Assembly (NCBI RefSeq): GCF_963506605.1
Contig: NC_083287.1
Span: 50,406,001 to 50,470,000 of the forward strand
DNA length: 64,000 nucleotides
DNA from: Zootoca vivipara
Taxonomy: Eukaryota
Reading direction: 5' to 3'
The position numbers and the translations under genes were made by a program. The notes below the pieces were generated by a model. That model was not told the DNA's origin, searched no databases, and was given only the letters and a program-made list of their open reading frames with translations. The stretch's first letter is position 1. Every line of letters begins with the position of its first letter. This document shows positions 49,716 to 62,343 of this stretch, one piece after another.

Positions 49716-51994
49716 TTTTATGATAAAAATTTTGGAAAATATGGAGGTTGGGCAAGGGTTCATTAATGGTATAAATGCAATCTATTCAGAACAAAAAGCG
49801 AAAATCATTGTGAGCAATGTGGTATCAGAGGAAAGTAGAATTGAAAAAGGTACCAGGCAAGGGTGCCCACCTTCCCCTCTAGTCTTTATAACTGTCTTGG
49901 AGGTCTTGCTGAATATGATAAGGAAAGACAAAGAGGTGAAAGGTATAGGAGTGGGATCAAAACAGTATAAATTAAAAGCCTTCACTGATGACTTAGTATT
50001 AACTTTACAGGACCCGGAGACCAGTGCAACTAAAGCACTGGAAATAATTCAGGAGTTCGGACAGCTTGCAGGGTTCAAACTGAATAAAGCAAAAACCAAA
50101 GTATTGGATAAAAATTTAACACCAGAAGAAATAAATAGTTTACAGGATGCCACAGGTTTGACGTTTGTTAAAAAGCTGAAATACCTGGGAGTAAATATGA
50201 CTGGGAAGAATGTAAATTTGTTTTAAAATAATTATGAAAAATTGTGGAACGAAATTAAGAGAGATTTGGAGACATGGTCTAATTTGAAATTATCTTTGAT
50301 GGGCCGAATACCTGTGATAAAAATGAATGTATTGCCAAACATGTTGTTTTTGTTTCAAGCATTACCAATTATTGATAATCTAGGGTGTTTTAAAGTCTGG
50401 CATAAGGTGTTATCAAGATTTATCTGGCAGGGGGAAAAACCAAGAATTAAATACAAATTGTTAAGGGACACTAAAGATAGAGGAGGTTTTTCCCTACCAG
50501 ATTTAAAGTTATATTTTGAAGCAGCAGCCTTTTACTGGATGAAAGAATGGTTCCTACTCGACAATACCGACGTATTAGATCTAGAAGGTCATGACAATGC
50601 ATTTGGATGGCATGCATATTTGTGGTATGATAAGATTAAGGTTCACAAAGGTTTTAAATGTTATATTATCAGAAAATCATTATATAATGTGTGGAATAGA
50701 TATAAGGATTTGTTAGAAAGGAGAACACCCAGGTGGATTTCACCTTTAGAAGCTAAGGCACATAAAAAATTGAATATGGAAACCAAGTGGTTAAAGATAA
50801 AGATATATTGGTGGTTGAAGAATATAATTTTAAGTTAAAAACATACGAACAGTTGAAGAATAATGTAAATGATTGGTTACAATATCATCAAATAAATGAA
50901 ATGTTCAAAATGAATAAAATAGGTTTTCAAACAAAAAAGTCTAAATTGGAGACGGAACTGTTAGAGTCTAAAACAAAGAATCTTTCAAAGATGTATAATT
51001 TATTATTGGAATGGCATACTAAAGATGAACAAACGAAATCTGTTGTGGTTGATTGGGCAAAAGATGTGGGTCATAATATCATGATGGAGGATTGGGAAAG
51101 GTTATGGAAGAAGAATATAAAGTTAACCGCTTGTAATGCCTTAAGAGAAAATATGATGAAAATGATGTATAGATGGTACCTTACACCAGTAAAACTAGCT
51201 AAGATTTATCACAAGCATGATAATAAATGTTGGAAATGCAAGAACGCAGAGGGAACCTTTTACCATATGTGGTGGACCTGCCCCCAAGTAAAGAACGTCT
51301 GGGAAAAGATTTATAATGAAATGAAAAAGGTGTTGAAAAGCATCTTTATTAAGAAACCAGAAGCTTTTTTACTTGGAATAGTCAGAGAGGAACTACCAAA
51401 AAAAGATATTACGCTTTTTCTGTATGCCACAACAGCAGCGAGGATTTTACTAACTAAGAATTGGAAGAGTGAAGACCTACATACAGTGGATGAATGGCAG
51501 ATGAAGATGATCGAATTTATGGAACTGGCTGAATTGACAAGGAGACTTTGTGACCAGAGAGAAGAGTTGGTGGAAGAAGATTGGAAGAAATTCAAAGTTT
51601 AAGAAATAATTGCAATATTGGAAATGTGTAATATAAGATTTGGAAGTACAGGGAGGTTGTAGAGGAGGAGGATTTGTAGAAGTATTGTAGTATATTAAGA
51701 TTTAGATATAGATATAAGTGTTAAATAAGAATTGAAATGCTGTTAAGGAATTAAAAAGAGGTGAAATTTGTTAGTTAAGGTAAAAATAAGATGATTGAAG
51801 TATGATATAGAAATTACTAAGGATGATATACAATGAAACGCAGCAAGGAGGGACATGAGGAAGTAAAAAATGTCAGGACACATGCCTTTTTTGTTTTTTG
51901 TTTGTATTTTTGTGTTTTATGTGAATTTTTTGTATTGTATTTTTGTGTTTTATATGGTTTTTTCAGTTTTATAACATCAAATACATTTGGAAGT
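49716..51994 (+). mobile_element. L1 retrotransposon, 5'-truncated (RT C-terminal half, CCHC knuckle, 3' UTR)
   Basis: GTRQGCPPSP, FTDD, KYLG, CWKC..HMWWTC; 16-bp TSD AAAATAGCATAAATAA at 49700-49715 and 51995-52010 preceded by TT/AAAA. Confidence 0.93.
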
Positions 51995-52069
51995 AAAATA
52001 GCATAAATAAGTCATTTATGCTATAATTTACCTTTCTCTCTAATACTTTTGAACAAATTCTTGTTTAAG

Positions 52070-52154
52070 AATCCTAAGCAAGGATCCAAATGATATAGAT
52101 GGACTCCAGTACATGGTTGTAAATCATCTTGCTATTACTGGGAATAAAGTTTTG
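52070..52154 (+). CDS. TTC21A: TTC21A exon 7
   Basis: ttaag|A ATC..TTG|gtgagt; ILSKDPNDIDGLQYMVVNHLAITGNKVL. Confidence 0.88.
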
Positions 52155-52535
52155 GTGAGTATTATATATTTTTTGACATTTGGAATATAAAATTGGTGTC
52201 CTAGAATTTTAAAGCAGACATAGTCTTCATGGTGCTCTTTGCCTGCAATGATGTCATGTGTATCATTAGTAATGTTGCCTTTTTGTGCTCTTTATATTAA
52301 GCATATCTGTACTTGAGGATATGTTTCCTTCATAGATACTAATATGTAGCATAATGTGAAGAATTGGGCTCAAAATCCCATATTTTGTTTTTAAAATCAA
52401 GTGCCTAACATGTTTAAAATGTGTACATAGTTTTTCACCTTTGGCTAACTCACTACTTGTTATGCCATTCAGTGTATTAGCTATAACATAAGTGGCAGTG
52501 TCTCTTATTTTAAAATATTAAACTTTTTAATGCAG

Positions 52536-52634
52536 GCACTGCAAATGCTTAGAGAATTTATTGTTGCTTTGGAGTTGAAGGAGCCCCAAAGACCCGAACT
52601 TCACCTTCAAAAAATCCTTGTAATCAGCAGACTG
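52536..52634 (+). CDS. TTC21A: TTC21A exon 8
   Basis: tgcag|..CTG|gtaagg; ALQMLREFIVALELKEPQRPELHLQKILVISRL. Confidence 0.92.
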
Positions 52635-52929
52635 GTAAGGGCATGTTTACCATTACTAAGACCTATCTTGCTTAGCAATAATTTGTTTTCTTTCCTATCT
52701 TTGGTGCCTTCACCATTTGAAGTGGATGCCCCCCCCCAAGAAAATCTTACAAATGTGTGGGGAAATCTAATTTACTAGCTAGCTGTATAAATTGATAATG
52801 CTTAGTTCCCCCCCCCATAATGAACAAATGTAATTATGCATTTTCAATACTTCCATCCCACCACATGGCATTTTTGATCATATATATACTTCATGAACAT
52901 GACATTAATTTTTTGCCCTTTAAATTTAG

Positions 52930-53125
52930 TGCGGAAAGAATCAAGATATTCTCCGGGAAGTGTATGAGTTTGTTAAAGACTCAGGTAGCAACCTAATATC
53001 TAGTAATGCACATAATGCGAATGAGTTAGGATATCTCCTAATCCTTCAAGGGAGCTGGAAGGAAGCATCTGAATGGTATGCAAAAGCCTCAGAGTTGAAT
53101 GAAAACACTGCAGATTCAATGACAG
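52930..53125 (+). CDS. TTC21A: TTC21A exon 9
   Basis: tttag|TGC..ACA G|gtaggc; CGKNQDILREV...ANELGYLLILQG...ADSMT. Confidence 0.9.
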
Positions 53126-53823
53126 GTAGGCTGTTGAGATTTTTTTTTTAGTTTAGTTTAGTTTAATTTAATTTAGTATCTGTCTTTCTTCAACCTAAAA
53201 AAAATAAAAATCTTTGGACCATGTGCCAACCTCAAGTCACTTTTAGATCTGGTGCATGGCGTTACCTGGACTCTGGAGGAGTGGATACACATCTGTAATC
53301 TGCTATATACAATAGTTACATCTGATGGGATGCTCAGTGTGTGGGGCCATATGTGCGTTGGCCTGATAATTCTCCCATACAGTCTTACATGAAGATTTTT
53401 CACATCAGAGATGCTACACTATGTGCATGCTGGAGGCAGAGGAGGATATGCATTTGTTCACCCACTGTGCAAAGTAGATCCACTGCCCAGAAAGATTTAT
53501 GATCTTAGACATAGACCGTCTTGTTAGGACCATAGCAATCTCTCCTGAGAATTTTCTCACTTTATAGTTTGGATGGAGAAAGGCTGGAATGAGAGTGTAG
53601 CATTTAATGAAGAGCTCAGTATGTATAAAGAGTGTGATTCATCCAGACAGGGACATGGGACTTGAAGCTAGTAATATGTACAGTAATTTGGCTACAACCT
53701 CTAGCTCAGACCTGCCCAGCTGTTATAGGCAGTAATATGTAAATTGGCAACAACTGATAGCTCAAGACTTATACTTAATCATACTTATGAATGTGTAATT
53801 TATTGCTGATAATTACTTTTCAG

Positions 53824-53921
53824 GATCTATATGGTGCCAGGTGCTTGGAGGAAAAATAGAAGAAGCAGAGAATCAACTGGAGTTTCTAAAGGAAGTTCAG
53901 CAGTCTACGGGAAAATCTTCA
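53824..53921 (+). CDS. TTC21A: TTC21A exon 10
   Basis: ttcag|..TCA|gttaga; SIWCQVLGGKIEEAENQLEFLKEVQQSTGKSS. Confidence 0.88.
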
Positions 53922-54715
53922 GTTAGATTACACTTATTTACTCTGATGTCTTATGTATACGCTTATCATGAATTGTCAAATGCAGGTGAACGCCTGCCCA
54001 ACCCCATGTAATTGTGTGTTTCTTCAGGTGGTGGTCACTGCAGTCTCTTCTACTGTATTTTCCACCCTGCTTAATGTTGCTACCGGTAGGCTCCAAAAAT
54101 TTCAGAAGGGTTGGCAGCTAGCAGACCCTGGGATGAATTTAGTCAAAGAATGCCACTGGTCATGTTTATCCCCACCTACCTCAGGTCACCAGTTTTATTA
54201 GGTAGAAGTTGTTCTATTGCATTTCAGCTCCCTTCTTGTTGGCTGTGCTCAGAAGTCCTACCATGGGGAGATCATTTAGTACTGCAGTTGTTCCCAGCAC
54301 CTCTTTGGCTTGGCACATTAGTTTGCTGAAATGCAGCAAGATGTAAAGGAATGCTAGAATAGCCTAATTGGTGGGTCAGGGAATGATCTTGTTCTCATCA
54401 CTGGCTTCTTTTAGAGAAAATATGCCACTCAGCTAGTCTTCCCAGTACATTATTAGAGTTGTAATTTCCCCATAGCATGGCAAATACATTCTCTGCTATT
54501 TTTGGATGGATACAATGCCTGCTTTGCAATCCCTCAAATTGTACTCTTGTCACACAATAATTTCTGCATCTTAGGTGGCACTGTAGGTAGGCTGCTGTAC
54601 AGTAAATGCATTTATGTGCATAATGACAAATCCATAAGTATATTTGCTGTTTAGCACTTTTGTATGACTTTGCCATATATGATTGTGTGGATGTAAAACA
54701 TATTAGCTTCTAAGG

Positions 54716-55048
54716 CAGGGGTCAGCAAACTTTTTCAGCAGGGGGGCGGTCCACTGTCCCTCAGACCTTGTGGGGGGCCGGACTATATATTTTTTTGGGG
54801 GGGGGGGAATAGGAACGAATTCCTATGCCCCACAAATAACCCAGAGATGCATTTTAAATAAAAGGACACATTCTACTACTCATGTAAAAACATCAGGCAG
54901 GCCCCACAAATAACCCAGAGATGCATTTTAAATAAAAGGACACATTCTACTCATGTAAAAACATGCTGATTCCCGGACCGTCTGCGGGCCGGATTTAGAA
55001 TGCTATTGGGCCGCATCCGGCCCCAGGGCCCTGGTTTGGGATCCCCTG
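54716..55048. mobile_element. hAT (Charlie-like) MITE
   Basis: CAGGGG...CCCCTG termini, 8-bp TSD TTCTAAGG (54708-54715 and 55049-55056), internal ~60-bp tandem duplication. Confidence 0.88.
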
Positions 55049-55418
55049 TTCTAAGGACTGGGAAAGTGTCTAATATTTACAGTCTTTGCCAACCTTGATC
55101 AGAAGAACACAGGGATGCTTCTAAATTCATTTTGAGGACCATGATTGAAACTAGTTCAACAAAGCAAGTTTAGGTGCTTCCTGAGTTAAAATCCAGCCTG
55201 AGCTAATGATGGCCACACATCAACCTAAGCCAGAAAGAGAGGGGTTGGGTCCTCTCCACACATGAAGTAGGAGGGAGCTGATCCTGCCCTCCCAGTTCCC
55301 AAACCCTAGTTTATTTGTACATCTGCAGTTCTGCACTGATTCTAATAGATTATTTAAAGGGTTAATCTTAAAATAAATCTCTTGTTCATTAAAATTTTTG
55401 TGTGCTGTTTTCTCACAG

Positions 55419-55616
55419 CTTCTAGCTTATCTTCAAGGTGTGATTGCTTCAAGGAAAAACAATGATCAGGCTGCCTGTGCCTTTCTCAACGAAGCTGCAG
55501 AACTTCATTGCTCTGCTTTGCATGGACTTCCTCTAAGCATTGAATACTACGAAAAGCTGAATCCCATGTTTATGATTGAAATTGTGAAAGAATATTTGGT
55601 CTTCTGTCCCAAGCAG
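55419..55616 (+). CDS. TTC21A: TTC21A exon 11
   Basis: cacag|..CAG|gtagaa; LLAYLQGVIASRK...EYYEKLNPMFMIEIVKEYLVFCPKQ. Confidence 0.92.
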
Positions 55617-56340
55617 GTAGAAAACTTGAGTTTTGCACTCCCCGTTTTGCTAAGTAGTAGGATTTATTGGGGGTTGAAAGGTGGCAGCCTTTTACATGTT
55701 GGATTTGCTTGTGAGAAGAGAGCTGGAGACTTATAGTCAGTGTTTGAAGTAGGATGTGATTGTGTGGGGTGCCATCCTGCTTCTTTTTCAGGTACACCTA
55801 AAATTATCCTGTAATTTCAGGATGCTATGCAAAGCAAGATTGTACAAACGCTACAAATGTAGACTGTACTGTCCAGAGCAGAGTTATTTGTGGAGTTGGG
55901 AGAGGCAGGCACTTGAGCACTGTAACCTCTCTCTGTTTACCAGCACGAGGCAGGCAGACTGTGCTAGGATTCACAAACGCACCACTACTCTCAGTAAACA
56001 GGAGGTAAAAACTGCATCTTTCCCAGTCTGATACTTGTGAGATTTCTGTTTCCTTTGCTGGCTACATTCCAGCTGCCTTGCTGTTTCTCCCCACTTCTCC
56101 CAAGCAGTTGTGGGGTGCCCATAATTATTTACTTAGATAATTTATATACTGTACTACAATTCTCACAAACCACAGGGTGGTTTACAACAAAAATAAAGCT
56201 AAAAAGAATCTATAAAAAGGCACAGCCCTTTAAAAATGACAACACAATAACTCATAACAAATCACTACATAACAATTACAGAGTGCAATGAGATTGAGTG
56301 TTTGGGGGGGGTGTACACAGGTTGTACATTGATAACAAAG

Positions 56341-56341
<1 letters not shown>

Positions 56342-56379
<38 letters not shown>
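56342..56379 (+). repeat. (TAT)n microsatellite
   Basis: direct reading. Confidence 0.9.
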
Positions 56380-56380
<1 letters not shown>

Positions 56381-56582
56381 TGATAGCAGCAGCAGGAACT
56401 ATATAAATGTTCCCATAAGCACTCGGATATGTTCATAGAAATCTTATGCAATGGGTAGGCAGATTGAAGTTCATAAGTAGCATGACCCCTGGGCTAGACT
56501 TGGGATTGTTTACCGAATACATTAATTTTACCCTGTATTTTATTTTTTTGGAAAATATTGCAATTTCACTTTCTCTCTGTAG

Positions 56583-56712
56583 CCTCGGTTACCAGGTCAA
56601 GTTTTATCTTCACTTCTTAAGCAAGTAACTATAATTTTGAATCCACTTGTGAAAGCCACCCCTGGAATGATCGAGCCTCTTTATCTAATGGCACAGGTTA
56701 AATATTTATCAG
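56583..56712 (+). CDS. TTC21A: TTC21A exon 12
   Basis: tgtag|..TCA G|gtaaat; PRLPGQVLSSLLKQVTIILNPLVKATPGMIEPLYLMAQVKYLS. Confidence 0.93.
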
Positions 56713-57247
56713 GTAAATTGAGTTCTGAGTGTCTACTCAAGAAAAAAGTAAAAAATGCTTCTGGATTTTAGGTTGCTGGGAGTTGGTTGCAGGGAATGAG
56801 CTTTTGACTATTATTGTTGTTTCCTGCCCTTCACCTTAGGGTGGGTTATAGCAATTAAGACACAATATTACAAACAATTTAAAACAATTTAACTACCTGT
56901 ACAACAGAATTAAAAATTCCAAGCTTCTTATTAAGCTAAGAAGCAATAATGGTTCTGATCCTTGACTTGGGGATACAAAGATCAAAGACAAAGGGAAAGA
57001 GTCAGAGCTATACACTAGATTTGCAATCCCCAAGAGAACAAAACAACATTAAAAATGAGGGGTTGGTCCAGTTCCCAACTGAGAGCTCACAGCTCACCTT
57101 GCACTACTGGAGCGGGGATAGCACAAATCTCAATTCTCACGAACAATAAATATGAAGAAGACAGTATTTAAAAGAGCACTCAGGGTGTGAACCCAGCTTT
57201 GTAATTTGCATGTCATTCCAGCTAACCTGGTATTTATGTATGCCATT

Positions 57248-57565
57248 TGGGTAAGGACTGTAGCTTAGTGGTAGAACATCTGCTTTGCATGCATAAGGTC
57301 TCAGGTTCAATACCTGAGGGGGAAACTCTTATCTTAAACCCTGAAGAGCTGCGGCCAGTTAGTGTAGACCAGGCTTCCTCAACCTCGGCCCTCCAGATGT
57401 TTTTGGCCTACGACTCCCATGATCCCTAGCTAGCAGGACCAGTGGTCAGGGATGATGGGAATTGTAGTCTCAACATCTGAAGGGCCAAGGTTGAGGAAGT
57501 CTGGTGTAGACAGTACTGAGCTAGATGGACCATTGATCTGATTGGATGTACAGCAGCTTCCTATA
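57248..57565 (+). mobile_element. tRNA-derived SINE (Squam3-like)
   Basis: A-box TAGCTTAGTGG and B-box GGTTCAATACC, body gagctg..ccagttagtgtagac|agtactgagctagatggacc, tail gcagcttcctat; interrupted by a MITE. Confidence 0.7.
57370..57503. mobile_element. palindromic hAT MITE
   Basis: CAGGCTTCCTCAACCT...AGGTTGAGGAAGTCTG, 8-bp TSD GTGTAGAC. Confidence 0.88.
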
Positions 57566-58034
57566 TAAGATGCTTGTTCATCCATCAGTCATGCTCCCTC
57601 ATGCTTTTGAGCAGGCTGTCTACTTTTTTTAAACAAAAGTGTATATTTGTTTACAAACTTTTTCTTTGCTTTATTAAAAACAAAACCTGTAAATGTTTAT
57701 AAAACAGTTGCAAAACTGCTCCAGGAGTTGGTTGGTGATATCATAGGAACTATGTTTTTACTCTAGTTCAAACTGAAAATGCTACAGACATGGAGAACCA
57801 AGTTTTCAGATCTCGGGAGACGAAACAGTCCATATTATAATCACCATTGTTCATTACTGCTCCAAAAATATTCCATCTGTCTTCACCTTAACAACACTGA
57901 ATAGCATGGGATCAAATTAGTAAACTGTTGTGCTTGCTCAGAAAGGCCTGCATAAGATTAAGTAAAGTATAACATGGTTTTTGAAAAAAAAATGGCATGT
58001 TGAGAGCAAAACAACATGTTAGGCTATTTTGCAG

Positions 58035-58192
58035 GAGAGCTAGAAACTGCCCAGGGTACTCTGCAGCGTTGTTTAGAATTGGATCCAACATCAACAGATG
58101 CCAATCTTCTTATGGCCCAGATCCACCTCTCTCAAGGAAACATCAAAGAATGTGTCCATTCACTTGAAATAGGAGTCAGCTACAATTTTCAG
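58035..58192 (+). CDS. TTC21A: TTC21A exon 13
   Basis: tgcag|..CAG|gtaaga; ELETAQGTLQRCLELDPTS...LEIGVSYNFQ. Confidence 0.93.
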
Positions 58193-58949
58193 GTAAGATG
58201 GAGCCCAAAAGGAACAATGTAAATGCTTGTGAGAACAGTCTTCCCCTTTACTCTGGCCTTGCCTGTGGGTCTGTGCTTGTGAGTACCAAGCTTACAAGCC
58301 TTTTCCTTGTTACTCTACATGCATGTGACCAGCACACGTGCAAAAAAGAGGACAGGTAGTTTGGGCACTATTTTCTGGAATTATAATTCTGCATTCACTT
58401 CCTTTCCCAAAAACATAATTGCCAACTCTTTGTATTCCATTGTTTTCAGTGTTGTCCTGTTCTCCGATCTTTTTTGAGAACTGATTTGTGACTCCCCATC
58501 ATCATGTTCTAGTGCAACCTCCGTGCTAGCTAATTTAATATGGACTGGCAAAGCATTACAGAAGCTTTTGGGGGCACCTTTGCTTTTACTTAGAAGTTTC
58601 CTTCTTGTGGCTTCTGCAACTAAATGTTCCTGTTCAGTACAACACAACATGAATAATAAATTGTCTCTTAATTGCTACTTTCAGCACAGTCCTATGTCTG
58701 CTAAGAAGACAGACCTATATAATTCAATGAGGATTAGGTAAATGGGATTAAGATTGCAGGTTTAGTTCCTGCTCCCAGGAGGGTGAAATAAATTAATTTC
58801 TGATTTTCTCTCCTTTTTCCCCTTTATGTTATGTCATAATTTAAAAGAAATGCCCATTTTTAAAAAGAAACTAGTAACTTTGTGCGCCACACATAGTTTG
58901 AATTTTCTGCTTTTAATTGTTCTTATTGTGTGTGTTGTTATATATTGAT

Positions 58950-59352
58950 AGTGATTTAATGATATGCAGAAATACATACCCATTACAAAGTATCTTTTTA
59001 AAATATACTGAAATAAAACAGCTACTTAATATAAAAAAACAAGAGAAGAAAGGAGAAAAGAAAACGAAAAGAAAGAATTAAGGAGAAGGAAAGCCAAAGA
59101 GGAGAGAGAAAGAAAAAAGAGATTAAAGAAAGATAAATATAGTATTTACTCATTAAGATCCAAGCATACTATATTCTATAAGCCAGTATTTTTTCAATCT
59201 TCAAATCCAGATATTCATTTTCTCTTTCATGCAAAAAGTCCGTAAGAAATTTCTAATAAATGTCACTAATGGTTTTTCTCTAATTAAACACATTAACTTT
59301 GCCATCTCCAATAGTTTTGCCATCTCCAGTAGTTTTGTCAGTCATTCCTTTC
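58950..59352 (-). mobile_element. old L1 3'-end remnant
   Basis: minus strand encodes LTKLLEMAK..LIREK, typical of the L1 ORF2 C-terminus, followed by a pyrimidine-rich 3' UTR. Confidence 0.55.
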
Positions 59353-60240
59353 TAGTGCCTAAAGCCTAAAGGAACAATTAATCAGTAAATGTTCAGTCCC
59401 CCGCTGAACAGGAGGAAGCTTCTAATTGATGTTTCTAGGGACCTTTGCTGAACAGGCTCTAGTGAGGATGTGGAATCAACCAAGAAGAATAAATCTCAAG
59501 TGACAGAGATGGTTTATTCTAGAAATTGGGCTACTTTGCAGATGCACACACATTACGGATGTACCGGTAATCTGATACTTGGTGCCAGTTCAGATTACAG
59601 TTCAATATACCTGTACTGTTTTGCTTCAGTTCTCACTTTGCGATTTTAAACTATTCCTGTCTGTCCTTAACCTATTCAAAAATAATGTTATTGTTTACTT
59701 TTTTAATAATGATTTCAGAGCTGACTGAAAACTCATTGCCCATTGAAGTACTTACCCTGACCCAGGGTTATTGTATGTTCAAGTGATGATGGATGTGACA
59801 GACACTCCCTACCCTTCCTGTTCTTTGTCATTTTATTCATTGCCAGCTAGCTAGGATAGAATTTATATTTTCAAACAAATGAATGCTCCGCCATACCCCA
59901 CAAAACGCAGTTCACATTGTTCAAAGCATAGTTTGCATGGTGTGCTTATGATTCCGCCCCCCCCCCCAACTTACTCACTTTGCTCAGAAAAATGAACAAA
60001 ATGAATGCAGTTTGTATTTTTTGCATGGATTACATCATCATCACATCATATAACAACAACAACAACAACTTTTTTACTGCTTGGTGGTAAAGGCAGCATA
60101 ACAGTTTGCAGAAAGAATAAAACAAAATTATTGATAAAAACAACAACATTCAAAACTAAAATTAATAATGAGAAGTAATGTATAAACACGATGCTAGGAA
60201 AATTGGCCGTTTAATATAATGTTATACTGTAATAATGTTA

Positions 60241-60366
60241 CAGGTAGGTAGCCGTGTTGGTCTGGATCGAAGTAAAATAAAAAAATTCCTTCAGTAGCAC
60301 CTTAAAGACCAACTAAGTTTTTATTTTGGTATGAGCTTTCGTGTGCATGCACACTTCTTCAGATAC
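60241..60366 (-). mobile_element. Penelope-like element fragment
   Basis: caggtaggtagccgtgttggtctg...gtagcaccttaaagaccaac...atgagctttcgtg..ttcttcagatac, the PLE terminal-repeat signature. Confidence 0.8.
60329..60366 (-). ncRNA. minimal type I hammerhead ribozyme motif (PLE-type)
   Basis: minus strand GUAU-CUGAAGA-A-GUGUG(CAUG)CACAC-GAAA-GC-UC^AUAC. Confidence 0.7.
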
Positions 60367-61250
60367 AGACAATAACAATGATGTTATTGCAGATCTTATA
60401 TACATGAGACTCCCATTTTAACTCGGGGCAAAAATGTGAAAGGCAGATCAACTGTTAAACAATGAATGTTAATGGTTGTTAATGACATAATCACTTCAAC
60501 AATGAGACCAAGTTGAAGAGAATTCACATTTCAGCAGTACCCAGTTAGCAGACAGTTTAAATCAAAAGTTGATCATAGCAGTTGATCTTAACAGTAACTT
60601 ACTACTAGTATTACGGTACTACTACTACTATTACTACTACTAATAATAATAAATTTTTATTTATACCCCGCCCTCCCCAGTCATATGTTGTCATGTTTTA
60701 AAAAATCTAAGTAAACCAAAACCAGTATGTAGTGCTTTTTTTCTGAGGGGGCGCAGGGGTACCCATACCCCTAAACATTTTGTGAATATTAACGGGAGAA
60801 GAAACTATTTTTTAAAAAATAAATAAATAAAATAGTTTTTTCTCCAGCACAGTGAATTGTCAGTTCTGTTCAATAGCATGGTGAATAATCAGTTCCGTTG
60901 CTATAACAACATCATCAAAACAACAACAACAACAACAACAATTTTATTATTATTTATACCCCACCCATCTGTCTGAGTTTCCCCAGCCACTCTGGGCAGC
61001 TAACCCCGATGGTGGCCTCATTTCCTGTCACAGTGTTTCCTGAGTCTCAGATGGAATGTGAGTAACGCTAAACATAAAAAAAAAAAGCACTGCCAGTATG
61101 GAAAAAACCCCAGACAGTCACTGCAAGCAAAACTACGGTACTTCACCATCCCTAACACAAACCCACTGAGTCATTTGAAAACTAATACTTTCAGGATGAG
61201 GTTTGCATTGGATGTTCTTACTAATGTCACTTTTTTCATATTTTGGGCAG

Positions 61251-61463
61251 CTTCGTGATTCTCCATGGTATCACTTCATCAGGGCTAGAGCACTGAATAA
61301 AGCTGGGGAGTATCCTGAAGCCATAAAAGTCTTAAAAATGCTTATCAGTTTACCTCAAATGAAACGGGAAGCTAAGAAAGGCCAGGGCCCCCGTATAGTT
61401 ATAAGTGAACAAGTCTCCATCTATCTGGAACTCGCTGAAGCTCTTCGATTAAATGGGGAACTG
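61251..61463 (+). CDS. TTC21A: TTC21A exon 14
   Basis: ggcag|..CTG|gtaaga; LRDSPWYHFIRARALNKAGEYPEAIK...EALRLNGEL. Confidence 0.93.
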
Positions 61464-61501
61464 GTAAGAAGTTCTATATATTATCTACTCAGTAAATGTA
61501 A

Positions 61502-62343
61502 TCTATATAAATAAAAATGTAAATGTCTGTTTGTGTGTACGAACAGTAAGCTCCGAAACCGCTTGAATGATTGCATTGAAATTTTGACACAATGTTGCAT
61601 TCCAATACAGGAGTGTTTGTATATACTTAGATTGTATAGATGTCACATCTGTCACAGGTAAAAAACATGATTTTGTGTAAAAATAGCGCCCTCTATTGGA
61701 CGTCAAAGGAACAGACCCTATAGTACGTTCTTTCCTCCCAGGACGCTGTGGGGAACGCGATGGCATCGTTCCGACGCCAGCTTGCAGAGCGTGCTGGGAG
61801 CGGGTGGCCGATGGCTCCTTCTGGCAGAGCGGGGGCAGAATCCTCTTCCTCCCCCGCCGGCGCCTCGCCTCTCCCCACCAGCCTCCACATGTTCGCCTTC
61901 GGTCAGGACCTGCAGCTGGGCTGCCTGCCCCCTCGGCCGCTGGAATCCGGTGGGGAAAATGGACAGACCCCCCCCCAACATCTCCATACGTTGGCCGGCT
62001 CCTTCTGGGAGACCGGGGGCCAGATCCTCTCCCTTCCCCACTGCCACCTCTCATCTCTCCCCCCCCGCCCTTGGCATGTCCACCTCCCCTAAGGGACTAC
62101 ACCTCGACCACCTACCCCCTCACCCATCAAGATCCGGCAGGGGAACCGCCCAGACCCTCCCCAAAATGTAGGTATGTGAGGGGGGGGAAGAGAGGGGTCG
62201 GGGTGGAGGTTGACATGGCATCGGGGAAAGATGATGTCACTTCCCGGGGGCAACAGATAGAGGGGTGTTGTTGCATCATCCACCTCTCCTGGGAAACGGG
62301 GGCCCTGACTGAGCCACAGCAACACGTGGCCAGGTACAGCTAG
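61502..62343 (+). mobile_element. non-autonomous Helitron
   Basis: A|TCTATATAAATAAAAATG 5' end; GCCAC-N8-GTGGC hairpin at 62313-62330, 9 nt before CTAG|T; no TSD. Confidence 0.88.

Noticed and set aside
57248-57320. tRNA gene
   Set aside because: A and B boxes are present but there is no intact cloverleaf, and it continues into SINE body and tail; the same applies to the heads at ~21740-21797 and 62722.
61696-62343. 215-aa Pro-rich ORF as a protein-coding gene
   Set aside because: TTG start, low complexity, no Rep/helicase motifs, and overlapping ORFs on both strands; explained by GC-rich Helitron interior.
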